Source: an uncultured Vicinamibacterales bacterium
GTDB lineage: Bacteria; Acidobacteriota; Vicinamibacteria; Vicinamibacterales; JAKQTR01
Assembly (NCBI GenBank): GCA_964481395.1
Contig: CAYZYG010000014.1
Coordinates: 217 to 64,216, forward strand
Direction of reading: 5' to 3'
Length of the DNA stretch: 64,000 nucleotides
Under the pieces are notes generated by a model. It was not told the origin of the DNA, searched no databases, and worked only from the letters and a program-made list of their open reading frames with translations. The position numbers were made by a program, and so were the translations under genes. Position 1 is the stretch's first letter. Each line of letters opens with the position of its first letter. Below are positions 17,177-28,284 of the stretch, in pieces.

Positions 17177-18436
17177 TCAATCGCGCGACAGCCCCACCAC
17201 CGTCTCGACGTGCGGCGTGTGCGGGAACATGTCCACGGGCTGCACCGAGTCGACGCGATAACCGGCCCGGGTGATGATGGGCAACTCCTTGGCGAGCGCC
17301 TCGGGATTGCACGACACGTAGACGGCGCGCGCCGGCGCCATTCGCTCGAACACGATCGACAGCACCATCCGCGGGCAGCCCTGCCTCGGCGGGTCGAGCA
17401 CGACCAGGTCGAACGCCTCGCGTCCCAGGCGCGGCAGCGCGTCCTCCGTCCGGCTCGCGAGGAAGCGGAGTCGCTGGCCCGGCACGCGGTTGACGCGGGC
17501 GTTCTCCTCGCCGTTCCTGACGGCCCGGCGGTCTTCTTCCACTGCCGTCACGCGGTGCCCGGCCAGCGCGAGCGGAACGGCGAAGAGTCCGCTTCCGCAG
17601 TAGAGATCCAGGATGCGCAGCGACTCGGCACCCGCGTGCGCAGCCACCAACCCAACCAACTCCCGTGCCGCGCGGACGTTGGTCTGGAAGAACGAATCCG
17701 GCGAGATCAGGAATGCCGGCCCCACCGCCCGCTCGTACACCCGGCCGGGCCCGGCGATCGTCATCGTCCGCCGGCCGACCATGTAGGGCCCGGCTTCGTC
17801 GTGTTCGTTGATCAGGAGGCTATCCGGCGCGTCCGGAGATCCGGAGAACGCGGTCAGCGGCGCCCGCAGACGACGGTCGTTGCGCGTGACCACCAGCATC
17901 GCCGCCGCCTCGCGGTCGTCCGCGGTCGTCCGGACGATGAGATGGCGCAGCAGGCCGTCGAGTTTCGGTCCGGCAGCCGGAATCGACGCCCGTGCGAGAC
18001 GGTCCCGGAGCGCGAACGCAATCCGGTTGGCGCGGTCGGCGTGCACGGGGCACTCTTCGACGGGAATGACCCGGTTCGTCCCGCGCGCGTAGTGGCCCAT
18101 GAGGAGCCCGCGGCCGCGCGGGCCGGGCCCGAAGACGAACGACGCTTTCTGCCTGAACCCCCAGGGCATCCCGTCGGCTCCGACGGGCATGCCGACCATC
18201 GGAGAGACCTCCGGTGCGGTGCGGCCGAGCGCGGCCCGTATGAGTTCTTCGACCCGGCGCTGCTTGAGACGCAGCTGGTCGTCGTAGGCGACGTGCTGCC
18301 ACGAGCAGCCGCCGCACTCCCCGGCGTGGCGGCACCGGGGTACGACTCCGCGTTGCAGGGACTCCTCACTCATCGGTCGTCTGCGGTCCTTCCTGAGTTC
18401 GTCATGCCGGGGCCGCTTTCTTCGATCCTTGGACAC
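17177..18436 (-). CDS. class I SAM-dependent RNA (uracil-5-)-methyltransferase, RlmD/TrmA family
   Basis: Fe-S Cys cluster CRHAGECGGCSWQH, SAM motif LDLYCGSGLFAVPLA and catalytic YVSCNP. The start may instead be the internal ATG at complement 18373. Confidence 0.85.
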   Translation of the reverse strand: MSKDRRKRPRHDELRKDRRRPMSEESLQRGVVPRCRHAGECGGCSWQHVAYDDQLRLKQRRVEELIRAALGRTAPEVSPMVGMPVGADGMPWGFRQKASFVFGPGPRGRGLLMGHYARGTNRVIPVEECPVHADRANRIAFALRDRLARASIPAAGPKLDGLLRHLIVRTTADDREAAAMLVVTRNDRRLRAPLTAFSGSPDAPDSLLINEHDEAGPYMVGRRTMTIAGPGRVYERAVGPAFLISPDSFFQTNVRAARELVGLVAAHAGAESLRILDLYCGSGLFAVPLALAGHRVTAVEEDRRAVRNGEENARVNRVPGQRLRFLASRTEDALPRLGREAFDLVVLDPPRQGCPRMVLSIVFERMAPARAVYVSCNPEALAKELPIITRAGYRVDSVQPVDMFPHTPHVETVVGLSRD

Positions 18437-18508
18437 ACTCAGGGTCGTCCCGAGCCTGGCCGAGGAACGGCGCGGATCAGGGCTGCCCTGAGCGAAGGCG
18501 AGGGGCGC

Positions 18509-18560
18509 AGCGGAACCCGGAATTCAGCTCTGGATTCCCGCCTTCGCGGGAATGACGTCG
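18509..18560. repeat. partial copy of a hairpin miniature repeat (translates as IPAFAGMT-like)
   Basis: gcagcggaacccggaattcagctctggattcccgccttcgcgggaatgacgtc matches the right half of the element at 27967..28050. It contains the hairpin ATTCCCGC/GCGGGAAT. Confidence 0.8.
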
Positions 18561-18591
18561 AGTCGGCGATGGGACTGGGGACATCCACAAC

Positions 18592-18619
18592 CGGCCCCCG
18601 ATCCCCGGTCCCCGGCCCC
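18592..18619 (-). repeat. heptamer array, GGGGACC/GGGGATC-type, 4 units
   Basis: ggccccc gatcccc ggtcccc ggcccca, starting 19 nt downstream of the stop of the 18638..19942 gene. Confidence 0.85.
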
Positions 18620-18637
18620 AGTCAAGATTCATCGCAT

Positions 18638-19942
18638 CTACCGCCGCCGGCCTTTCAGCAGCACCGCCACCTCGTCCGGGCGCGGGTTGTTGTAGTCGAG
18701 CCGCACCCGTCCGTCCGACGTCATCGTCACCACGGCCGGAATGGAGCTGGCGGTCACGTACCAGCCGGCGGGCAGGACGACGGCGTTGCGGGACCGGCCG
18801 AGTGCGCGGTCCCAGACGAACTCGTCGCCGTTCAGGTAGTAGCGCCCCTCGTCGGTGTAGGTCTCGCTGATGCGCAGGCGGACGGTCTGTCCCTTCTGTA
18901 CGGCCGGGAAGTGGATGACCACGACCTCCGTCTCGGGCCTGACCTCTTCGCCGATGTCGATCTTCGCCGCCGTGATCGCGCTGCCCTTGAGCGTTTCAAC
19001 CCTGAGAGTCTCGCCCGTATCCAGCAGGCGCGCGGCCGGATTGGACGCGCGGCTTCCCGCGCGCACGACATTGAGGTACTTGTCCGTGCCGGGGCGTGAT
19101 TCCGTGTAGTCGTGATAGAGCGCGAAGGCGTGCGTCTCGGGCTGCTGCAGGAAGTAGACGATCTCGCGATCCTGGCGCGCGCGTTCGCTGAGGCGCGACG
19201 CCATCGACCCGGCGCTCATCGTGGTGACGGGACGCGACCCCGCGGCGGGTGCGGCGGGCTTCGTCGCGGCCGCGGCTGCGGGCTTCGGCAGCGGCCGTGC
19301 CTTGAGGACGAGCGGCGCTTCTCCGGGGTACGTGTTGAGGAAGCTGATCGCCGTCCGCCCGTCAGGCTCGGCGAGAACCTGCGACGGCACGTTGCAGGCC
19401 ACGACCTCGTAGCCGGCAGGCAGGACCACGCTGTTGCGCTTGATGCCGAGCCCGCGGTTGAAGACGATCAGATCCCCCTCGCGATAGTACGACTTCGGAT
19501 CCCGGTACGTCTTGTCGATGCGCAGACGCGTTTCGCCGGCCTCGGGCACCGGACGGGCGAGCGTCACCTGGATGTAGCTCGCCTCGGGATCGGCGTTGGC
19601 CTGGCCGGCCGCGCGCGCCTCGGTGCCGCTGACGACCGTGAACGGCAGGGGCTGCCCGGTCATCCGGTCGTACACCGCCTCGTCGCTGGCTTCGCTGCCC
19701 TTGCGGATGATGTTGAAGTAGTAGCGGGCGCCGGGCCGCGTCGCGGTCACCTCGTAGACGATCTTGAACTGGGCCGAGTCCGGCGCCAGCAACTCGTAAC
19801 GCGTGTAATCGTCGCCCTCGAAGCCCTCGAGGATCGACGACGGCGGCGCCTGCGCAGTGACGGTCGCGACCCACCCGAGCACGAACAGCGCCGCCAGCAT
19901 CGAGAACCCGTTCCAACGTCCGGATCTGTTGACCTTCGGCAT
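18638..19942 (-). CDS. secreted hypothetical protein made of two homologous halves
   Basis: Signal peptide MPKVNRSGRWNGFSMLAALFVLGWVATVTAQA. The two halves align: ...TRLRIDKTYRDPKSYYREGDLIVFNRGLGIKRNSVVLPAGYEV... against ...VRLRISETYTDEGRYYLNGDEFVWDRALGRSRNAVVLPAGWYV... An Ala/Pro linker joins them. Confidence 0.7.
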   Translation of the reverse strand: MPKVNRSGRWNGFSMLAALFVLGWVATVTAQAPPSSILEGFEGDDYTRYELLAPDSAQFKIVYEVTATRPGARYYFNIIRKGSEASDEAVYDRMTGQPLPFTVVSGTEARAAGQANADPEASYIQVTLARPVPEAGETRLRIDKTYRDPKSYYREGDLIVFNRGLGIKRNSVVLPAGYEVVACNVPSQVLAEPDGRTAISFLNTYPGEAPLVLKARPLPKPAAAAATKPAAPAAGSRPVTTMSAGSMASRLSERARQDREIVYFLQQPETHAFALYHDYTESRPGTDKYLNVVRAGSRASNPAARLLDTGETLRVETLKGSAITAAKIDIGEEVRPETEVVVIHFPAVQKGQTVRLRISETYTDEGRYYLNGDEFVWDRALGRSRNAVVLPAGWYVTASSIPAVVTMTSDGRVRLDYNNPRPDEVAVLLKGRRR

Positions 19943-20072
19943 CACCACTCCTCCCAGGCCCACGCCCTCGCGGGCGGCCGCGCGGTCCGCGGGCCGGATT
20001 TCTCACGAATCGACAGCCCCGGCACACAACTCCGTGTCCAATCCGGCGTATTGTATGCGCGAGGGAACTCAC

Positions 20073-22469
20073 ATGGACGAAATGGCCGCGATCCTGTTCG
20101 CGCTTGGGCTGACGGTCGCCGCGGTGACGCTGGCCGTCGTACTGCCCATCGCCTCGTTTGTCGGGATGCGGCGGGCGAGAGCGGCGGCGCAGGCGCTCGA
20201 GCAGCGGATCGGTGCGCTCGAGTCAGCCGTGCGGACGCTCGAGCGGACGTGGTTGTCGGATATGCGGACGGCGGACGGCAGCACCGCCGCACCGCAGCCC
20301 GCCGAGGTACGAGCGGAAGCCGGCCGTGCCCCGGCAGCGCCGGGCCCAGCTCCGGTGCCCGGGGAGGAACCGCCGCCGCCCCAGCCGCCCGTCACGGCGC
20401 TTCGGCCAGAACCGGTTCCGGATGGCGGCCCGACCCCTGAGCCCGCAGCCGTCGCGCCGGAAACTGTCGGGTTGTCGACGGCCCACACCGTCGTCGCGCA
20501 GGAACCCGCCGATGCTGCTGGGATCGACCGGCAGACCGGCCATCCCGGCCCCAGCCGGCCGACCGAAACCATCGAGAGCCGGATCGGCGGGCGGGGCCTG
20601 CTGTACGTCGGCGCGGTCGCCCTCCTGTTCGGGGTGGCATTCTTCGTGAAGTACGCCTTCGACAACGAGTGGATCAACGAGACCGCCCGCGTGGGGCTCG
20701 GAAGCCTCACCGGGCTGGCGCTCGTCGCGCTGGGTTGGCGCCTCGATCGGCGTGGCTACGCGCAGTACGGCCAGATCCTGGCAGGGACCGGCTTCGTCGC
20801 GCTCTACATCTCCACGTTCGCGGCCATCTCGTTCTACGGGCTCCTCTCGCAGGGCGCGGCGTTCGGCCTGATGGTCGCGATCACGCTGGCCTCGGCGCTG
20901 ATGGCCGACCGCCTGCCCGCGTACGGGCTGGCGGTCGTCGCGGTGCTGGGCGGGTTCGCCACACCGTTCCTCGTCGGCGGGGGCGAAGACAGGCAGGTCA
21001 CGCTGCTGACCTACGACGCAATCCTCGCGGTCGGAACCGTCTGTCTGGCCGGCAGGCGGTCCTGGCCGTCGTTGAGCCTCTTCGCCTACGCTCTTTCCGC
21101 CCTGACGTTCATCGCCTGGGCCGACCGATACTACGACGCGTCGAAGTACGCCACGACTCAGGTGTTTCTGGTGGCGTTCTGCACGATCTTCCTCGCGGCC
21201 TGGTGGGTGTTGCGCAGGGGATCGCGTGCGGGCAAGACCGCGGCCGGATGGCTTGCGGGCACCGACGGTACGATCGAGCCCTTCCTCGCGACCGTCCCGA
21301 TCGTCTTCCACGTCGCGTCGCTGGTAAACCTCCAGTCGCATCCCCTGCCGCTCCTGGTCTACCTCCTGCTCTTCACGCTCGCAGGTGTCGTCGCGAGCAT
21401 CCGGCTCGATCGGGCGTGGCTGCGTCTCGTCGTGCTGCTGACGGCTGCGCCATTCGTCATCGGCTGGGTCGTCGAGCACCGCAGTCCGGGATGGGTGCCA
21501 GCCGCCACGGTGGCGGTTCTGGCGGTTTACGTGCTGCACCTGGCCGGGCAGTGGGAGGGACGCACGCGCAGACCCGACGATCGCCCGCCACGGGCCGACG
21601 TCGCGCTGTTCCATGCGAACGGATTGGCGCTCGCAGGAGGCGTCTACGCGCTGACGTGGGACTGGCCGCTGCCGTGGTCCGTGGGTCTCGCCCTCGTCCA
21701 GGCCGCCTGGCACGCCGCGCTCGCCTGGGCGACGCGCAGGTGGCGCCAGGAGGTGTCCCCGAATGCGCTCGCGCTGATGTTCGCGATGCTGGGCCTGGCC
21801 ATCGGCCTGCTCTGGGACGGCTGGCCCGCCATCGTCGCCTGGATGATCGAGGGCGGTGCCGTCGTCTGGGTCGGCCTGCGCACCCGTCAGGCCTGGCTCA
21901 GAGCCTGCGGCGTCACCGTGACGGCCTGGATGCTCCTGCTGGCCCTGTTCAACGACTTCTTCCTGACGCCGGCAGGATTCACGATGGTCTGGAACGCGCG
22001 CGTGGGCGCCGGGGCAGTACTCATCGCCGTGCTGTATTTCGCGGCCGCCGCGTACAGGCGCGCGGAGACGGCGCTGCCGGAAGAGGCGCCCGTCATGCGC
22101 GCGGCCTACCTCGTCGCGGCCAATGTCATGACGCTGCTCCTCGCCTCGACCGAGGTCAATTCGTACTGGCACGCTCGAGCGGGATCCGATGCCGCAGCCG
22201 ACCTGGCACTCCAGGCCTCGCTCTCGATTCTCTGGGTTGTCTACGGCACGGCTCTCATCGTCGCGGGCATCGTCCGTCGGTACCGGCCGGTGCGCTACCT
22301 CGCGATCGCGATCCTCTCTCTCACGATCGTCAAGGTCTTCCTGTCCGACCTGTCCCAGTTGGGCGGCATCTACCGAATCGCCGGCTTCCTGGGTCTGGGC
22401 GCGTTTCTGCTGGTGGGAGCGTGGCTGTATCAGAAGTACAAGGACATCATCGTGGGCGACAGGCGATAG
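20073..22469 (+). CDS. polytopic membrane protein, DUF2339-like
   Basis: Start at MDEMAAILFALGLTVAAV. Architecture: N-terminal TM helix, coiled-coil segment, Pro-rich linker, then many predicted TM helices. This matches DUF2339 architecture as I recall it. The ORF-track start at 19857 was not used. Confidence 0.7.
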   Translation: MDEMAAILFALGLTVAAVTLAVVLPIASFVGMRRARAAAQALEQRIGALESAVRTLERTWLSDMRTADGSTAAPQPAEVRAEAGRAPAAPGPAPVPGEEPPPPQPPVTALRPEPVPDGGPTPEPAAVAPETVGLSTAHTVVAQEPADAAGIDRQTGHPGPSRPTETIESRIGGRGLLYVGAVALLFGVAFFVKYAFDNEWINETARVGLGSLTGLALVALGWRLDRRGYAQYGQILAGTGFVALYISTFAAISFYGLLSQGAAFGLMVAITLASALMADRLPAYGLAVVAVLGGFATPFLVGGGEDRQVTLLTYDAILAVGTVCLAGRRSWPSLSLFAYALSALTFIAWADRYYDASKYATTQVFLVAFCTIFLAAWWVLRRGSRAGKTAAGWLAGTDGTIEPFLATVPIVFHVASLVNLQSHPLPLLVYLLLFTLAGVVASIRLDRAWLRLVVLLTAAPFVIGWVVEHRSPGWVPAATVAVLAVYVLHLAGQWEGRTRRPDDRPPRADVALFHANGLALAGGVYALTWDWPLPWSVGLALVQAAWHAALAWATRRWRQEVSPNALALMFAMLGLAIGLLWDGWPAIVAWMIEGGAVVWVGLRTRQAWLRACGVTVTAWMLLLALFNDFFLTPAGFTMVWNARVGAGAVLIAVLYFAAAAYRRAETALPEEAPVMRAAYLVAANVMTLLLASTEVNSYWHARAGSDAAADLALQASLSILWVVYGTALIVAGIVRRYRPVRYLAIAILSLTIVKVFLSDLSQLGGIYRIAGFLGLGAFLLVGAWLYQKYKDIIVGDRR

Positions 22470-22536
22470 GCGACAGGCGACAGGGGGAGAACGGGCGGCA
22501 GGCGATAGGCGACAGGCGACAGGCGACCGGCGTCAG
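22456..22536 (+). repeat. heptamer arrays, GCGACAG-type, 4 + 6 units
   Basis: gcgacag gcgatag gcgacag gcgacag, an 11-nt break, then gcggcag gcgatag gcgacag gcgacag gcgaccg gcgtcag. The arrays fill the gap between convergent stops and overlap both stop codons. Confidence 0.9.
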
Positions 22537-23666
22537 GGGCCGATGCCCTCGGGGTACTGCAGCGCCAGGCGCAACTCCTTGGCGAGGGTGTCGACGTTCG
22601 CGTTGTTCGCCCAGGCACCCTCGGTTTCGAAGCGGAGGTCTCCGATGCGGCGTCCCCAGGGTGCAATGACCCGCCCGATCGCACGGAAGTCCGTCCGCTC
22701 GGCGCGCTCCTGGTCGAGCTGCCGGACGACGTCAGGAGCCACGCGAAGGAAGGCCCGCAAGGCGGCTGACGACTTGATGCTGTACTTGCGGCCGTTCCAC
22801 GCGGTGCCGAACAAGGTCGCGATCTGCTTGAAGTAGTTCACGAAGAAGCGCCGGGCGTCGTCGCGGAACTCGGCGCCCCGCCGGCCGCTGCCGAAGGCGT
22901 CGGTCTGGAGCAGGCGCTTCAGCTCCTGCGCGAGCGGCGCCTGGGCCACGGCGCCGTGCCCGACACCGAGCAGTTTGATCATGCCCGAGAGCGGCGAGTC
23001 CTCGCGCTCGTTCAGCGCCCGGAGGATGTCGTGCGCGGCCGCCAGATTGTCGTCGCGGTAGAGCTGGCGGCCGGACAGGCTCACGAGATGCGACGAGTTC
23101 AGCCGCGTGTGCTTCGCGTTGATCGTCACGAACATCTGGACGATGTGGTCTTCGGGAAGCTGGTCGAAGATGACCGCCGGCACCGAGAACGCCTCGCTGC
23201 CGAAGCGATCGATGTCGGCGTGCATCGCGAGCAGGCGGTGCTGGCCGTCGATGGCGCGGAGGATGCCCTCCGTCTCGGGAACCTTCAAGGTGCCGAGGTT
23301 GGAGCCTTCCTCGACCGGCACGAACGACAGCCGCTCGTCGCACGAGATGATCACCGCGCCCGGGATCGATGGAAGATCCCGCGCCTGGCGGCACTGCTCG
23401 TAGTACTGCACGAGCTCGTCGATCTTCCGCCGGATGATCTGCCGCTGGTAGGCCTTCTCGTTGGCCCCAATGCGGCGTTCCAGCAGATCCCAGTTGACCT
23501 TCGAGACTGGAGTGGTCCGCTTCTTGCCACGGACCGCCGGGTGGTGCTGTTCCCCGTAGCTCAGCACCTCGAACCGCACCAGTTTGTCGATGTCTCGGGC
23601 CGTCAGGGAGGCCTGGTAGAACTGCACCCCGAACTGCTGCATCCGGATGGCTGAGACGTTGATCAT
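22533..23666 (-). CDS. DGQHR-domain protein (DndB-like, ParB/Srx-fold superfamily)
   Basis: 377 aa with the literal motif AIDGQHRLLAM, followed by FVTINAKHTRLNSSHL. It is monocistronic, lying between convergent and divergent neighbours. Confidence 0.8.
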   Translation of the reverse strand: MINVSAIRMQQFGVQFYQASLTARDIDKLVRFEVLSYGEQHHPAVRGKKRTTPVSKVNWDLLERRIGANEKAYQRQIIRRKIDELVQYYEQCRQARDLPSIPGAVIISCDERLSFVPVEEGSNLGTLKVPETEGILRAIDGQHRLLAMHADIDRFGSEAFSVPAVIFDQLPEDHIVQMFVTINAKHTRLNSSHLVSLSGRQLYRDDNLAAAHDILRALNEREDSPLSGMIKLLGVGHGAVAQAPLAQELKRLLQTDAFGSGRRGAEFRDDARRFFVNYFKQIATLFGTAWNGRKYSIKSSAALRAFLRVAPDVVRQLDQERAERTDFRAIGRVIAPWGRRIGDLRFETEGAWANNANVDTLAKELRLALQYPEGIGP

Positions 23667-23842
23667 CGCGGGCTCTCCGGGTTGAGCCTGTCATGCTATG
23701 GCTCCCCCCGGGGAATCTCAACCGTTTTTTCACGCGATTTCGGGCTGTTTCTGCGATTATTGGGACTCTGCGCACGGGCCGTTCCCGACAACCCGGACCG
23801 GGCCGGCGTGGACATCTCTCTGACTGGCAAGGAGTTACAGGA

Positions 23843-26644
<2,802 letters not shown>

Positions 26645-26709
26645 ACAGCAGGGGAAACCACGCCTACACAGACGAGTCGGGACGCGGCCTGCGGCTGGGG
26701 TCGCCAGGG

Positions 26710-26790
26710 ATGTGATCCTTGGCGTCATTCCCGCGGAAGCGGGAATCAAGTGGATTCCGGGTTCCGCTACGCGGCCCCGGAATGACGATC
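26710..26790. repeat. 81-bp double-hairpin miniature repeat, copy B
   Basis: tgtgatccttggcgtcattcccgcggaagcgggaatcaagtggattccgggttccgctacgcggccccggaatgacgatcc. Its reverse complement is nearly identical to 27967..28050. Confidence 0.9.
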
Positions 26791-26797
26791 CTGTCAA

Positions 26798-26865
26798 GGT
26801 GTCCGGCGGGCTCGGCGAGCCCGCCCTACCGTATGCGGTGTGGTAGGGCGCGGTCGCCGACCGCG
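26798..26865. repeat. triple-hairpin GC-rich miniature repeat, copy 1
   Basis: Three hairpins: GGCGGGCTCG/CGAGCCCGCC, CCCTACC...GGTAGGG and GCGCGGTCG/CGACCGCGC. Its reverse complement matches 62685..62747. Confidence 0.85.
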
Positions 26866-26923
26866 CCTCGACGGTGACACGCGCGGATCTGTAGAGGATC
26901 ACAGATGAGCGGACGTGTTCTTC

Positions 26924-27925
26924 CTACCCTCTTGCGTGTCCGAGGATGGCGCTCGCCACGGCCAGCCCGGACATGAACGCGCCTTCGATCCGGCCGCCAA
27001 GGCACCAGTCGCCGCACGCGAAGAGCATCAGGTCCTCGTCGGCCAGACATCGAATACCCAGAGGGCGGGTCGGCGCGGCGAAGCGCCAGCGGTGACCGGT
27101 CGCCACCTGGGGCGGCGGCAGCCGCCGCCCCAGAATCTCGCCGAACGCATCCAGCAGGCGCGCGACGGCCTCGTCGGGTGACTGTTCCAGGTTGGCGTGG
27201 GACCACGCGGCCGATGCGTGCATCACCCAGGATTCGGTCGGCGGCCATCCCGGTTTGCTGGTGTTGCGCGCGATCCACGACAGCGGAGAGTTGTGGGCGA
27301 AGGCCCCGTCGAAATCGAGGTGCAGCGCTTCGCCGAAACCGGCCATGACGGCCCAGCACGGGTCCATCGACACATCGAGCGCGGCCTGCTCGATGGTGGA
27401 ACCCGCCAGCAGGGGAACGGCTTGCGGGGCCGGAACGGCCACGACGACGGCTCCGAAGACTCCGAGGTCGGTGCCGTCCTCGGCTTCGAGCCGCCATCCG
27501 TCTCCCACCCTCCAGCGCGTGACCACGCGCACGCCGTGGCGGACATCCACGTCACTGGCGAAGTAGCGGGCGATCGCGCTCATCCCGCCGACGCCGACGT
27601 ACCGGGTCTCGGGATCGGCCGGGCGAACGGAACCGGGTCCCTGTTCTCCGATGACGGCGATGCGTCCCTGCCACCGTTCGACCACGCCCGCTTCGAGCCA
27701 CAGGTCCACGTGATGTCCGAACACCGTGCTCTCGCGGAAAGTGAAGTACTGCGCTCCGTGATCGAAGCGCCATTCGTCGACGCGCCTCGTCGAAATCCGG
27801 CCGCCCGGGCCCCTGGCCTTGTCGAACACCGTCACCGGCACGCCCTGTTCGTGCAGGGCGTGCGCACACGCCAATCCGGCCACGCCGGCGCCCACGACCG
27901 CTACCCCAGGTGTACTCGCTGCCAT
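26924..27925 (-). CDS. NAD(P)/FAD-dependent oxidoreductase (renalase/COG3380-like)
   Basis: Start MAASTPGVAVVGAGVAGLACAHAL (GxGxxG), and C-terminal FACGDW..GGRIEGAFMSG. Confidence 0.8.
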   Translation of the reverse strand: MAASTPGVAVVGAGVAGLACAHALHEQGVPVTVFDKARGPGGRISTRRVDEWRFDHGAQYFTFRESTVFGHHVDLWLEAGVVERWQGRIAVIGEQGPGSVRPADPETRYVGVGGMSAIARYFASDVDVRHGVRVVTRWRVGDGWRLEAEDGTDLGVFGAVVVAVPAPQAVPLLAGSTIEQAALDVSMDPCWAVMAGFGEALHLDFDGAFAHNSPLSWIARNTSKPGWPPTESWVMHASAAWSHANLEQSPDEAVARLLDAFGEILGRRLPPPQVATGHRWRFAAPTRPLGIRCLADEDLMLFACGDWCLGGRIEGAFMSGLAVASAILGHARG

Positions 27926-27966
27926 CCCCTCCTCCACGTCCGTCGACCCGTCTGTGATCCTCCCTC

Positions 27967-28050
27967 GGATCGTCATTCCGGGGCCGCGTAGCGAAACCCG
28001 GAATCCAGCCTGGATTCCCGCATTCGCGGGAATGACGCCGGAGGATCACA
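27967..28050. repeat. 84-bp double-hairpin miniature repeat, copy C (inverted relative to copy B)
   Basis: ggatcgtcattccggggccgcgtagcgaaacccggaatccagcctggattcccgcattcgcgggaatgacgccggaggatcaca. Confidence 0.9.
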
Positions 28051-28235
28051 CCTTTCCGCTCCGGTCGCCTGCCGCGCCCCAGATCATCGGTGATCCTCGG
28101 CAGACGGGCGCCCGCCCGTGTCTGCTGGAGGCCGGGGCCCTTCAGCCGCGGCTGGATCCCGGCGCAGATCACCGTCTCGGCGCGGTCAGCGCCGCGCCCT
28201 GCCCGCGAGGAATGGGAACTGGGGACTCGAAAACC

Positions 28236-28284
28236 GATCCCAGGTCCCCGACCCCTGTTCTTCCGTCCTCGGTCCCCGTCTTCT
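28236..28284 (-). repeat. heptamer array, degenerate GGGGACC-type, 7 units
   Basis: gatccca ggtcccc gacccct gttcttc cgtcctc ggtcccc gtcttct, immediately downstream of the penicillin acylase stop. Confidence 0.75.

Noticed and set aside
18441-18508. Segment gtcgtcccgagcctggccgaggaacggcgcggatcagggctgccctgagcgaaggcgaggggc as a separate repeat family
   Set aside because: It resembles widespread GC-rich intergenic motifs, but I found only one copy in this window, so I cannot support it as a repeat here.
13351-19099. Long plus-strand ORFs 13351..15132 (593 aa) and 17210..19099 (629 aa)
   Set aside because: They are antisense to the well-supported cohesin/dockerin, RNA methyltransferase and duplicated-domain genes. 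Their composition is dominated by R, G, P, A and D, and they have no recognisable domains.
20223-22172. 649-aa minus-strand ORF opposite the DUF2339 gene
   Set aside because: It is an antisense artefact of a high-GC gene. The sequence is Arg/Gly/Pro/Asp-rich with no motifs, whereas the plus-strand product has clean TM helices.
22456-22536. Heptamer arrays as possible CRISPR arrays
   Set aside because: The units are 7 nt and directly abutting, with no spacers, and no cas genes are present. They are microsatellite-like tandem repeats, not CRISPRs.
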